Positions 9,789 through 20,484 are shown, counted from the stretch's first letter. The stretch: 64,000 bases of DNA from Rebecca billardiae RCC1528 (GCA_965240325.2 OZ251228.1:2666001-2730000), one strand, 5' to 3'. Notes: generated by a model not told the origin, from the sequence alone. Numbers and translations: made by a program.

Positions 9789-11708
9789 ATGCCGCGTCCC
9801 AGTGCCAAGGAGCGCGCGAAGGAGCGCGGCGGGCGGCGCAGCGCGCCGCCGACCGACCCGGCCGCGCGGACCCGGCTGCTCGTGGCGATCGGCGGGCCTT
9901 CCGCCGTCTTCGCCGTCATCCTCGCCGGCGCCGTGCAGCTCAAGAAGAAGCGGCAGCGCGGGGAGCTCAAGGCGGACGCGCCCGTCGAGCAGGACGCGGT
10001 CGACCGCGCGGTCGCCGTGGGCGCGACCGCGCTCTTTGGCGTGCTCGTGGCGTGGCTGGTGGCGAAGCAGCTCGTCTGGTTCGCGCGCAAGTCGCGCGAG
10101 CTCTACGCGGCGATGGAGGCGGAGCGCGCGCTGCATGCGGCGGCGCGCGCCGAGCGGCTCGCGGCGCGAGCCGAGCGCAAGGCGCAGCGGGCCGCGAGAG
10201 GCGAGCGCGACTCGGCGGCGTCCGCCGCGTCGCTCGCGGCCGAGGACATGATCGAGTCGATGCGCGCCTCGGCCAACGCCGCGATCAGCTGGCTGCGCAA
10301 GCAGCACGCGCCGCTGCCCAAGGATGCGCACGTGCCCTCGAGCGCGCCCGTCCGACCGTCGCGCGGCGCGAGCGGCGGCGGCCGCGGCGGCGGCGCGGGC
10401 GGGCGCGGGAACGCGGGCGGGCACAAGCCGAGGCACGCGGCGAAGCCGCCCGGCGCGCGCGCCGCGCCCGCCTCGGGCGCTCGCTGGTCGCGCCGCCGCG
10501 CCGAGGCCGCAGCGGCCGCGTACGACGCGGCTGCCGCCGGTGCGGAGGGCGAGGGCGGTGTGGAGGAGGACTGGGGGGCGTGGGACGAGGCGCTCAACGG
10601 GGCGGCGGAGGGCGGGGGGCGGCACGCGGGCGCGGAGGAGGGGGAGGAGGAGGAGGGGGAGGGGGAGGGCGAGGGCGAGGAGCACGCCGGCGAGGAGGAC
10701 GACGCGGACGCCGCCGACGCGGTGCGCGTGCCTCTTGACCTCGCGCCCGCGGCCGCCGGCACGTGCGTGCGCGCGGAGGGCGTGACGGTGGGCGCGGCCG
10801 TGGCGTCCGTGCAGCCGGCTGTGCTGGCGCTGGCGCTGCGCTGCACGGCGTGCGCGCACGGCTTCACCACCAGCGTCGAGCTCTCGGCGATGGACGAGCG
10901 TGCCGCAGCCGTGCGCATCTGGTGCGAGCGCTGCGCCGCGCTGCTCGGCGCGTCGCTGCGGCCGGCGCTGCTGAGCGGCGCGGCGGGCGGCGCGCTCGCC
11001 CACGTGGATACAGAGGGCTGCGCCCTCGCAGACGTGCTGCCCGCCTCGTCGCTGCTCGCGGCGTGCCTGCCGTGCGGCGCCGAGACGGCGCTCACGCCGT
11101 TGCAGCGCAACCGCCGCGCCGAGGCGCCCTGCCGCGGCTGCCACGCCAAGCTCGCCTTCAGCGCGAAGGAGCTTCGGCTCGAGGTGCTGAGCGCGCCGCC
11201 GCCCGCCGCGGGCGCGGCCGGCGGCGCGCGGCGGCGCGGCGGCGGCGCGGGCGGCGGCTCGTTCGACGCGGAGCTGGCGCAGTTCCGCGAGCGCGCCGCG
11301 CGGGCGCACGGCACGCCCACGTTCGCCGTGGGCACGCCGCTGCCCCAGCGCGGCGCGTGCGCGCACTTCAAGCGCTCGTTCCGCTGGCTGCGCTTCCCGT
11401 GCTGCGGGCGCGCGCTGCCGTGCCCCGCGTGCCACGAGGACTCAGGCTGCCCTGCGGCCGAGCTGGGCGCGCGCGCGAACACGATGATCTGCGGCCTGTG
11501 CTCGCGCGAGCAGCCCTTCACGAACGGCGCGTGCGAGTGCGGCGCCGCGTTCACCGTCGCCTTCTCCGCCAACTGGAACGGCGGCGCCGGCTGCAGGGAC
11601 TCGGCCCGGCTCTCGAAGAAGGACTCGCGCAAGCACGCGGGCGCGCACAAGACGGTCTCCAACAAGGCCAACCGGGTCGGGCCCAAGGCCAAGCGGCCGG
11701 GCGGGTAG
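9789..11708 (+). CDS. CHY-type zinc finger protein with two N-terminal hydrophobic segments
   Basis: GACAHFKRSFRWLRFPCCGRALPCPACHE...MICGLCSREQP...WNGGAGCRD..LSKKDSRK, with additional CxxC pairs upstream. ATG at 9789. Confidence 0.8.
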   Translation: MPRPSAKERAKERGGRRSAPPTDPAARTRLLVAIGGPSAVFAVILAGAVQLKKKRQRGELKADAPVEQDAVDRAVAVGATALFGVLVAWLVAKQLVWFARKSRELYAAMEAERALHAAARAERLAARAERKAQRAARGERDSAASAASLAAEDMIESMRASANAAISWLRKQHAPLPKDAHVPSSAPVRPSRGASGGGRGGGAGGRGNAGGHKPRHAAKPPGARAAPASGARWSRRRAEAAAAAYDAAAAGAEGEGGVEEDWGAWDEALNGAAEGGGRHAGAEEGEEEEGEGEGEGEEHAGEEDDADAADAVRVPLDLAPAAAGTCVRAEGVTVGAAVASVQPAVLALALRCTACAHGFTTSVELSAMDERAAAVRIWCERCAALLGASLRPALLSGAAGGALAHVDTEGCALADVLPASSLLAACLPCGAETALTPLQRNRRAEAPCRGCHAKLAFSAKELRLEVLSAPPPAAGAAGGARRRGGGAGGGSFDAELAQFRERAARAHGTPTFAVGTPLPQRGACAHFKRSFRWLRFPCCGRALPCPACHEDSGCPAAELGARANTMICGLCSREQPFTNGACECGAAFTVAFSANWNGGAGCRDSARLSKKDSRKHAGAHKTVSNKANRVGPKAKRPGG

Positions 11709-12257
11709 CCTGGCGGCGGCGCGAGCCCGCCGGCGCCCGCGTTGTCGCGCCGGAACGAGCCGAGCGCTGATGGCGCGGTGATATGCTCGTAACGGCATGA
11801 TGAGCCGCGGCGACTGCCTGGCACCGCCCCGTCCCGCCGGCCACTGTGGGACTGGCTGACCGCACACAGCGCCGTGGCCGTGCGGTATGTAGCATTATGG
11901 CCCGCGGTGTAGGGCGGAGCGCGTAGCGTGGAGCCCCGCCGGGGGCCCTCACTACGTTGTCAAAAAGATCTTTTGATCAAAGAAAAGGGGACGGGGGACG
12001 ATTTTGAGGGGTGTTGGAGGGTGAGTTTTCGCTTTTTCGAGGGGTACGTTGGCCCATAGTGCTCTGCATTAGCAACTACGCGCTTGACGAAATAAGCGCG
12101 CCCACGCCATTCCGCATAAGTCGATGGACGGACGTGGGATCAGATACCCCGGGGGTGAAACAAGTGAGTATTTTTGTCATTCTTGTATGCTGGAGTACGA
12201 GTTTGCCGAGCGACGTTTGATTGTTTTGGGTCGAAAACAGCTATGAGGCCAGATGCT

Positions 12258-12465
12258 TCTGAATAGCGCTTTGTTTAAACACCTACCCGCCTGTCTCGAT
12301 GGATAAACCGCCCTATAATATTAAAAGAGATTCTTTTGAATAGCGCTTGTTCAACCACATTACCCGCCTGCCTCGATGGATGAACCGCCTGTGCACTAAT
12401 ATTAAACGAGATTCTTTGAATGGCGCCTATGGCGGCTTGTTAAAACGTAACAAGTTACCCGCCTA
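12258..12465. repeat. About 2.5 copies of a roughly 80-bp tandem repeat inside the element
   Basis: TGAATAGCGCTT..TACCCGCCTG.CTCGATGGAT.AACCGCC..TAATATTAAA.GAGATTCTTT is repeated. Confidence 0.75.
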
Positions 12466-12996
12466 CAAACCGGGCCTAAGCGCAACCTTTTGAAAGTGCA
12501 TGTTGATGTGCATGGTCAGGGTCCTCCTCAACTACTGCATGTCGGCGTACTGCGTGCGCGCGCGGCGCGCTGTTATTTACCGATGCATCACTTGGTGCTG
12601 GAAACATAGGCCATACACGGGCACTTGGAAGTGATCAAGTTTTGCTACCTATTCGCAATAAGTTGGATACTGGGAGCCGCCAGGCGCGCGCGGGGCGCCC
12701 TACGCTCACTTATTCGACCGAGCACGGACGGCCCTCGACTCTCGAGCTGCTCGCTCGCTCGTTCGCGTTCGCTTCGTCGCTGCGGCGCCCTGACCGGGGA
12801 CGTGCGTGTCGGCGCCGCGTACGCCGCGGTGCGCGCGCGGTGGCGGGAGCCGGCCGGCCGCTGGTCTCCCCCTCGCGCTCTGCTCTCGCCCTCGCGCTCC
12901 GCTCCGGCTCTCCCCGAGGCGTCGCGCGCGTCTCGCTCGGTCCGGTCCGTCGCCAGGCCGTGCCGACGGCGCGCCCACAGCGCCCCGCTGCAAAGC

Positions 12997-14197
12997 ATGC
13001 GCGACGAGATCGCGGCGGCGGGGGCGGCGAGATCGCGGCGGAGGCGGCGGGCAACAGCCTGCCCGCGGGCGTGTTCGTCGCTCGAGGAGGAGCGCGCAAG
13101 GGCGAGCCGAGTCCGGAGCACGCTCACGAGCTTGTCGCTCGGACGCTTCGAGGATGAGTGAGCGCGCCGAGCACGCAGCGGAGATGAGCCGGATGCGCCC
13201 GGAGTTCGCGCAGCTGAAGGGCGAGCTCAAGCACGCGAGCTCGCTCCTCGACGCCGAGCGCGAGCTCCTCCTCAACTCGGTCGACGGCGGCGCTGAGGTG
13301 CAGCAGCGTGAGGACGAGCAGCCAGCCAGTCCCGAACGCTCGCAAGACACTGCTGCACGCAAGCGGCGGCCACGTAGCGCGAGGAGCTGCGCTGGGAATG
13401 CGCCGCGCGCGTCGACGCGGCGATCACCGGGCTGCAGGCCTCGGCCGTCGACGCGTTGCGCACCCTCGCCGCCAGCCGCGACGAGTCCGCCGTCGAGCTG
13501 CAGCCGAGCTGCAGCCGAGCTGCGCGCGCAGATGGGCGGCGTCACAGGCACACAGACACTGACAGACAGGCCGTGCATGCCAGCACGTGCGCGCGGAGGC
13601 GCTGTGCGCCGAGCTGGCGAAGCGCGACGCCGAGCGCGACGCGCTGCGCGACGCGGCGACGGACGCGCTGGGCGCGCGCGGCGCCCTCGTCGCGACGCCC
13701 CGTGCAGCAGCTCGAGCAGCCAGCTGTGCGGAGTAGACGGCCGTCGAGGCGATCGGCGCCGGTTCAGGAGCGCGCACAGGCTCCGAGCCTGCCGTTGGCT
13801 GGCCGCCGCCGTCTTCGAGGCCGCCGACGCGGCGGAGGAGGCGGCGGGCGAGCACGGCGGCGCGGTGGAGCAGGCGCGCACGCGCGGCGGCAGGCGCGAC
13901 GCGCCGCTCGCCTCGTTCCACCCCGAGCTCCGCTCGCTCGGTCTCGGTGCGCGGCTGCGCAGCGGCAGGCCGGGGCAGCCGAGTGGCGCGCGCTCTCGCT
14001 CTGCCGGCACGAGGCGCGCCGGCTGAGCGACCAGCGGCCCGTCGTCGAGCGCATGGCGCAGCGCGAGCACCTCAAGCAGGTGCGCCCGCACGCGCGCACG
14101 CGCCGGCCCGCGCCGCGCGGCGCCTCTCGCCCTGCGCGCGCGCGCCGCCCCAGCGGCCGCTTCCCCGCCGCGCGGCCCGCGCGGCGACAGTCCTCAG
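12997..14197 (+). pseudogene. Frameshifted coiled-coil-like gene fragment inside the element
   Basis: Coding-like patches in shifting frames (MRDEIAA.., MSERAEHAAEMSRMRPEFAQLKGELKHASSLLDAERELLL, ..VVERMAQREHLKQ), followed by a host-type intron AAGCAG|GTGCGC...CAG at 14080-14190/14197. Confidence 0.5.
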
Positions 14198-15165
14198 GCG
14201 AACTGTTACACATGTCAGACTGACAGTGACAGCCGACGGCCGACGGAGGGTGCACCGCGGGCCTCTAACTGCGTTGGTTCTACGGAAGGACCGCGGAACG
14301 CGGTCATCAATTTAAAATAATAATACTAGTATAAGTCGTCGTAATTAATAAATAATACATATATATATACGAGACGACGGCTGACGACGGCGTGGCACCG
14401 CGACCACCGCGGTGGCGCGCGCGCGTCGACGCCAGACGGTGCGTCGAGCTTCCGCTCGGCGATGTCTGATGGGCGACTACGAGGGGGGGGGGACGACGGC
14501 GAGGAGCGCTGATCCTGGTGTTTGTCTCTGCTGCTCGATCTGATGCTGCTTGACAGCATGCTGACTTTGACGCCTGCCCGTTGCATACCACGTCGTTAAT
14601 ATATATACGATATGTATACGCGAATTAAATTAAAAGTCACTGTCATAATATAGACGCGGGCTCAGCGTCACGGGCTCGGCAGCCCGCGGCAGTCATTCAG
14701 TCAATCACTATATATTACAGCCAATACAGGTGGCACCAGCCGCGGGCGCACGGGAACCACGCCCATGAGCACGGCCACAGGGCCGTCAGTCCGTCACTCG
14801 CGACGTTCACGCACGACCGTCTCACGCCTACTCGCGGACGACACGCCACACACCCGAGTGGTACTGGTACACGGTCAAACTGAGTGAAACTCAAAGCGGC
14901 GCTCGATCCTGACTCCCGCGGGACACTGCTCCCGGCCACTCGTGGGCGAGCATCAACAAGCCGCAGGCTGCGCGCTGCGAATCCGGCCGGAGTCATTCGG
15001 CATGAGCCGGCACGGGCGGTGAGATGAGAGCAGGTAGCACTATGAGCTCAGCCTGCAGTTGCTGCTGCCACAGCATCACAGGCCGCAGGCTTCGGCAGAC
15101 ACCAGGGGGAGTGGCGCGGACGAAGCCATCGCACAAGCAGGGCCTGTTGCAGGGCAGCGCCACGA

Positions 15166-15618
15166 TCACACATTGCGCGTTGGCGGCGGCAGCTCTTCTG
15201 CCGCCAGCTCGTCAAACTCGGCCAGTTCCGCGCGCATCTCCGCCTCGAATGCCTCCTGATTGAGCTGCGCATCTGATGTGAGGTCCCCGATCAGGTGCTT
15301 TGACTCGCCCATGCCCGTCTTTGGAGTGGCCTGGTCCTCGTCCAGCATGCGATGGGCCGCGGCCGCGGCGGTGCCGCGCGTGCGCTCGAGCTGCGCCTGA
15401 AGCTCCCTGTCGATCTCAGCCTCGTCCTCCGGGTCGACGTCCGGTAGGCGCTTGCTGCCGTCGCTGCGGAAATCAGTCGAGTCGATCGAGAACTCAAAGC
15501 CCTTGCGCGCGGTCTGGCCAAACGCCGCCGGCATCGGCTTGTAGAAGATCTTGCGCAGGCAGAGCGCGACCAAGACTGTGGCAAGCACGCAGGCGGCGAT
15601 CGTCACGAATCCCGACAT
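15166..15618 (-). CDS. Small single-pass membrane protein with an acidic C-terminus, function unknown
   Basis: 150-aa ORF from ATG with an N-terminal hydrophobic helix and host-like codon bias. Confidence 0.7.
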   Translation of the reverse strand: MSGFVTIAACVLATVLVALCLRKIFYKPMPAAFGQTARKGFEFSIDSTDFRSDGSKRLPDVDPEDEAEIDRELQAQLERTRGTAAAAAHRMLDEDQATPKTGMGESKHLIGDLTSDAQLNQEAFEAEMRAELAEFDELAAEELPPPTRNV

Positions 15619-15831
15619 CGTGCGGCTCGCGCCGCGCGTCGCGCGCCGCGAGGCGTCGTTGGGCGCCGGCTTGAAGAAGGCTGGGGGCCGGATGACGAAA
15701 TCGATGATGGCGGCTCGTGAGCAACGAAAAACTGAGACGCGTCACCAGACTCCAGCCGAGGATCCAAATCAAGGGCGGGAGGGAGTCACGGCCGCGAAGG
15801 ACGGAGCCGGCGGGCGCCTGATCGGCAAGCG

Positions 15832-18800
15832 ATGGCGGATACCCCAGCCGCGGCAGAGGCCGTACCCGCGACGACGGAGGCGGCGCACACCCCGTTCACC
15901 GACGCTCCGGCCGCTGCACCGCTCGGCTCGGACGCCGAGGGCCAGCAGCCGGCACGGGCGCCGGGTGGGTTCACGTTCGGGACCAACACTGTCCCCGCAA
16001 GTGTCCTCGCGAGGTTCGAGGCCCTGGACGCGCTCCTGGCGCAGTCTGGAGGCATCCCGCCGAGCGTGCCCATCATGCACGCGCCCTTCGTGCACGTCAA
16101 CCCGTACGCCTACGCGCCACCCCAGCCGGGCGCGCTCATGCAGCACGGGCTGCCCCCAAATCACCTGCTCGCGCACGGCTTTCCTCGCGGCGGGCCGCAC
16201 GCGAACGGGCGCCAGCCAAAGTCGGCGGGCGCGAGTCGGCGGAAGCAAGGTCATAACAACGACAGCAAGACACCACGCGCCGAGGGCACCGCGGCCGGTC
16301 GCCGAGCACAGGACGGCGCCCGCGCGGGGGCAGCGAGCTGGCCACCGATTCCCCGCCAGCGACACGGTCACTCACCGACTCCGCGTGGGAGCGCGCATTG
16401 GCCAACCGCCGCTGCTGCCTCGGCAGGGGCGCAGCCGAGCGGGGAGGATGGCGGCGCGCGTGGCAAGGCGCGCACCCGACGGCGCAACCAGGCGTCCGGC
16501 GACGCAACGGGCCGCGACGCGGCGCGCCAGCCAAGTGGCGCGTCGAGTGCGCGCGGCACGCACGAGGGCGCGCCCGCGGCGGCGTCTGCCGCCTCTGGCG
16601 CCGCGCACGCAGCCGACGTGGGCAGCGCGGGCACGCGCGCCGGAGCGCATGCGGCGAAGTCGCCGTGGGCGAACCGCGAAGCACTGCGCGCCGTCAGAGA
16701 CAGCGCGTCGCACCCGCGCTCGCAGCCTGCCGAGCATGCGCGCGCGCGCACTCCAAGCGGCACAGGAGCGGAGTCGGAGGCGGCCCGCGCGCGGCCGCCG
16801 CAGCGCGCACAGAGCGCGCAGCGGGCAACCCCGTCGCACACCGGCGAGCTGGTGGGCGCGGGCGGCCCCAGCGCGCGCGCCGGCCACACGCCGCGCGCCG
16901 GCGCCGCGGAGGGCGAGATGCCCTTCCCACGCAGCAGGTCTGCGCAGCGGCCGAGCGGCGGCCATGCTGGCGGCCATGCTGCCACGGTGGCCGGCAGCGC
17001 AGCCCGCCGCAGCGGCGCTGCTGCCGCCGAGCACAGTGGAGCGCCAGACGCGCGGCCCGAGGCAGCGCCGGCCTTCCGGGCGCGCGCGAAGCAGGCGGCA
17101 CGCGATGGCACGGCCAGGCCGCATCCGCGCTGCGAGGCTGCTGCCGGGAGCGCAGCGGACACGGCGGGCGTGCGCACGGGCGGCGCGGGTGCGGCGAGCC
17201 GCGGCGGCGCGCCCAGGGCGTTCGTCGGCGCCGAGGACCCGCCGCTGAGCACGGCGGCGCCCGCTCCGCTGAAAGGCGCGTGGGCGCCCAAGAGCGCAGC
17301 GGGCTCCGAGGCGGAAGGCGGCGGCGGCGGTGGCGGCGGTGCGAGGCAGCTGCCGGCAGGCATGCTGCGCGTGCCGCAGGGCGCGGGCAGCGGCGCGCTG
17401 TTCGCGGCGAGCAAGCCGCCCCGCGCCGCCGCCGGCCTCGCGCAGCAGCCGAAGGGCACCCCGCCCAACCCGAACAAGCCCAAGAAGACGAAGGAGGTCA
17501 CCCTTGCAGATCTCTTCAGCTCGCTCGGCGCCACAGCAGCGCGGCCCGCCAGGCCGGTGGGCGGCGCGGCCGCGGCGACGGGGGCGGCCGGTGCTGCGCG
17601 AGGCGCGGCGGGCTCGGGCCGTGGCAAGCAGGGCGGCGGCTCGTCGAAGGGCATCTCCTTCTCGCTCACATCGCACCAGCACATGGGCGCCGGGCCGTCG
17701 ACGCTGCCGAGCCGGCCCACGGCGCGCGCGGCGCGCGAGGGGCGCGCGGGCGGCGGCGAGCCGGCCGCAGCTGCGGTGGCGCTCGACGGCCGTGTGCGCA
17801 CGCAGGTCCGCGGCAAGGAGCGCGAGGGCGGGAAGAAGAAGAAGCCCTCGACTCTGAAGAGGCGCATCCTGCTCGAGCTCATGGCCAAGTACGCCGCAGC
17901 ATCCGCCGCCAAGAAGGCGAGCGACGCACACGCTCCCGCGGCGGCGGGCGCGCCGACTGCGAGTACAGACCTCGCGGCCGAGGCGCGCCAGTCGCTGTAC
18001 GAGGCGGCGCTGGCGGCGATCGAGGAGGAGGAGGACGCGGCGGAGGCGCGGGCAGACATGCGCGCACGGCACACCGGCGCGGGCCGCCAGGACGAGGACG
18101 AGGACGAGGAGGAGGAGGAGGAGGAGGAGGAGGAGGAGGAGGAGGAGGAGGAGGGGGGCCTGGACAGCTCCGCCCTCACGCTCTCACGCGCGCCCCTCGC
18201 GGCCGTCCGGTGCGCGGTCGACGCCGCTGACGGCCGCGTCGCCCTGAGCATCGGCGTGACCCTCGCAATCTCGGTGCACATCGACAGCGCCTCTCTCGAG
18301 GGCGCCGCCGAGGACTCGCCCTCGCCGCACGCGCGCGCACAGCACAGGCGCAAGGCTGGCGGCGCGCACGAGCGCGCGCCGGCCGGCTCCGAGTCCTCCC
18401 CCGCCCGGATGGCGGAGCAGGGCTCGCACCCGCCGCAGACGCAGGCGGCGCCCGACGCGGCGCCTGCCGCCTCGAGCGCCGACGCCACCGCCGGGGCCGC
18501 CGACGCGTCGAGCCCCAGCGCCGAGCCCGCGCGCGCCGAGCCGGCCGCGTGCGCGGGCGCGCTGCTGCGGCCCAAGGAGGCTGTGAGCGACCCGACTCTG
18601 GTGCGCGAGTACTGCGTGCAGGCGGTGGACGAGCGGCTGAACGGCGCGGTGTCCGAGCTGCTCGCCGCGCTGCTGCGCTTCCAGGAGAAGGCGCACGCGC
18701 TCGACCCGGTCAAGGCGCACGCCAAGCGCCGCCTCGTCGTCGGCCTGCGCGAGGCGGTGCGGGGGCTGCGCACCAACAAGGTGAAGTGCGTCATCATCGC

Positions 18801-19446
18801 GCACAACGTCGAGCAGATAGAGGCGGAGGGCGCGCTGGATGATCTGGTGTACGACATCCTCAAGCTCGCGCGGCACAAGTACAACCCGATGGTCGAGAAG
18901 CACCCGGACACGCCGCTCGAGGTGCGCCGCGCGCGCGCGCGCGCGCGCGCCGCGCCGGCGGCCCCTGCGCGCGCGCGCCGGCGCTCACCCACCGGCGCGG
19001 CGCGCGTGCGCGGCCGGCGGCGGCAGGAGCGCGAGGAGCCCATCCCGGTGATCTTCGCGCACACGCGGCGCACGCTCTCCCGCGCGCTCCGCCGCTCGAT
19101 GCGCTCGTCGGTCGCGGCGATCTTCAACTACGACGGCGCCAACGCCGAGTACAAGGAGGTGGTGCGGCTGGCCAAGGCGCTGCGCGAGCAGTGGCGCGCG
19201 TGGAGCGCGCGCGCCGAGCAGGCCGGGCTGGCGCGCGAGTGCGAGGCGCGGCTGCGCGCCGGCCTCGGCGCCGCCGCCTTCGAGAAGCGCGCGCAGCTGC
19301 AGAGGATGTGCTTCGGCGAGCCCACCTTCTGGCCGGAGCGCCATCTCGTCCTCGAGCCGAAGCGGCCCAAATCGAGTGGCTCGTACGCTCGCCGCATGGT
19401 CGACCCCGCCCAGCTCGACCTCGGCCTTCTCGACGCACCTTTGTGA
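15832..19446 (+). CDS. SECISBP2: SECIS-binding protein 2 (selenocysteine insertion); predicted in-frame intron 18922-19026
   Basis: Lys-rich KKKKPSTLKRRIL motif. VREYCVQ..LLRFQEKAHALDPVKAHAKRRLVVGLRE..KVKCVIIAHNVE..GALDD..IPVIFA.TRR.L..SVAAIFNYDGA matches the SBP2 L7Ae-type domain. Confidence 0.9.
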   Translation: MADTPAAAEAVPATTEAAHTPFTDAPAAAPLGSDAEGQQPARAPGGFTFGTNTVPASVLARFEALDALLAQSGGIPPSVPIMHAPFVHVNPYAYAPPQPGALMQHGLPPNHLLAHGFPRGGPHANGRQPKSAGASRRKQGHNNDSKTPRAEGTAAGRRAQDGARAGAASWPPIPRQRHGHSPTPRGSAHWPTAAAASAGAQPSGEDGGARGKARTRRRNQASGDATGRDAARQPSGASSARGTHEGAPAAASAASGAAHAADVGSAGTRAGAHAAKSPWANREALRAVRDSASHPRSQPAEHARARTPSGTGAESEAARARPPQRAQSAQRATPSHTGELVGAGGPSARAGHTPRAGAAEGEMPFPRSRSAQRPSGGHAGGHAATVAGSAARRSGAAAAEHSGAPDARPEAAPAFRARAKQAARDGTARPHPRCEAAAGSAADTAGVRTGGAGAASRGGAPRAFVGAEDPPLSTAAPAPLKGAWAPKSAAGSEAEGGGGGGGGARQLPAGMLRVPQGAGSGALFAASKPPRAAAGLAQQPKGTPPNPNKPKKTKEVTLADLFSSLGATAARPARPVGGAAAATGAAGAARGAAGSGRGKQGGGSSKGISFSLTSHQHMGAGPSTLPSRPTARAAREGRAGGGEPAAAAVALDGRVRTQVRGKEREGGKKKKPSTLKRRILLELMAKYAAASAAKKASDAHAPAAAGAPTASTDLAAEARQSLYEAALAAIEEEEDAAEARADMRARHTGAGRQDEDEDEEEEEEEEEEEEEEEEGGLDSSALTLSRAPLAAVRCAVDAADGRVALSIGVTLAISVHIDSASLEGAAEDSPSPHARAQHRRKAGGAHERAPAGSESSPARMAEQGSHPPQTQAAPDAAPAASSADATAGAADASSPSAEPARAEPAACAGALLRPKEAVSDPTLVREYCVQAVDERLNGAVSELLAALLRFQEKAHALDPVKAHAKRRLVVGLREAVRGLRTNKVKCVIIAHNVEQIEAEGALDDLVYDILKLARHKYNPMVEKHPDTPLEVRRARARARAAPAAPARARRRSPTGAARVRGRRRQEREEPIPVIFAHTRRTLSRALRRSMRSSVAAIFNYDGANAEYKEVVRLAKALREQWRAWSARAEQAGLARECEARLRAGLGAAAFEKRAQLQRMCFGEPTFWPERHLVLEPKRPKSSGSYARRMVDPAQLDLGLLDAPL

Positions 19447-19716
19447 AGCTGACGGGTGTGGTCGGTGAAGGGAGCGTGTGGAGGAGGCGGGCGGAGTGAG
19501 TCGCGGAGGGCGCCTCTGGGAGCACGCGGGCGGGCCAGGGCGGCCGCCATTGCTGGCCGCGACGAGCCCGACGAGACTGATTGATGCCAGAATACTAGAA
19601 TAGGCCTCGAGCCTGGGCCCCCGGGTATTTTACTTCGATCGGCAGCAGCTCTCCAGCAGGGCGGCGGCTGGCGCCGTCGGCAGCCGCGGCTTGCCCTCTC
19701 GCGTTCACGCGGACCG

Positions 19717-20484
19717 ATGCAGGTCAGCCCAGAGGTGGTGCTGTTGCGCAGCATCTTCCCCGACACGGACCCGGAGCTTCTTGCCGACGTCCTGACCAGC
19801 GAGCGTGGCGATGTGGCCTCCGCCATGTATGCGCACGCGAGACCCTTCCGCGCCAGCCATCCCGGTGCACCCCTGCTCACGCTTCGTCCGCCCCTGCGCG
19901 CCGCGCGGACGCGACCGCGCAGCGAGAGGATGCTTGAGTTGTCGGGGAGCGGCTCGCGCGTGGACGCCGCCGCGGCCCAGGCGCGGCACCAGCTGGAGCA
20001 AGAGCAGATCGCCAAGGACGCCGCGCTCGCCATGATGCTGCAGTCGGAGGAGACGCAGCCGCCGCAGGATGAGCGGGCGCCTATGGATGTGGGCACGTAC
20101 CTGTCGCTCCTACGCAGCAATCCCGGGATGGCAGACGCCCAAGGTGACTGGCGGAAGCATGCGTACGACACCGCGCTCCGCGCACGCGATCCTGGCGCAT
20201 TGTCCGCGATGGCGCGCTCGCTGCAGCGCGTGACGGAGATGATCGGCGACCCGCTCGAGCTCGAGCCGGGCGAGGACGAGGCGCCGACCGCGTGGACGTT
20301 TGCTCGTCGAGAGGATGACGACGACGATGTTGCGGGCGACAGCGCACAATCAGGGGATGCACCGGAGCGAGTGCTGAAGGGCGGAGCAGCGTCGCTCACA
20401 GCGCGGCGAGCTGCGAGCGGCCGCGGGAACACGGGGCTGCATCGCCGGCAGGCATGGCAGCCAGCCTCTATCCCGGTGGACTGA
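19717..20484 (+). CDS. CUE-domain (ubiquitin-binding) protein; predicted in-frame intron 19827-19922
   Basis: After splicing, reads LLRSIFPDTDPELLADVLTSERGDVASAIERMLEL. This is followed by EQIAKDAALAMMLQ, which is typical of CUE proteins. Confidence 0.75.
   Translation: MQVSPEVVLLRSIFPDTDPELLADVLTSERGDVASAMYAHARPFRASHPGAPLLTLRPPLRAARTRPRSERMLELSGSGSRVDAAAAQARHQLEQEQIAKDAALAMMLQSEETQPPQDERAPMDVGTYLSLLRSNPGMADAQGDWRKHAYDTALRARDPGALSAMARSLQRVTEMIGDPLELEPGEDEAPTAWTFARREDDDDDVAGDSAQSGDAPERVLKGGAASLTARRAASGRGNTGLHRRQAWQPASIPVD

Larger units (their letters stand above)
11899..14305 (+). mobile_element. Non-autonomous Helentron/Helitron2-like element, copy 1 (carries gene-like cargo)
   Basis: Left end GGCCCGCGGTG plus about 130 bp homologous to 62895+ and to the reverse complement of 51365-51503. 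Subterminal IR TGCACCGCGGGCC at 14251-14263. Terminal hairpin GACCGCG-GAA-CGCGGTC at 14289-14305. Confidence 0.65.

Noticed and set aside
15048-15168. Possible Sec read-through of the TGA in the gene next to SBP2
   Set aside because: There is no selenoprotein-like redox motif around the TGA, the downstream sequence is not coding-like, and I could not identify a SECIS by eye.
16368-19127. Many long Ala/Arg/Pro-rich overlapping ORFs here and across the window, including N-terminal extensions such as 9726-11435 and 56117-57139
   Set aside because: They are expected from stop-codon scarcity at very high GC and overlap better-supported genes.
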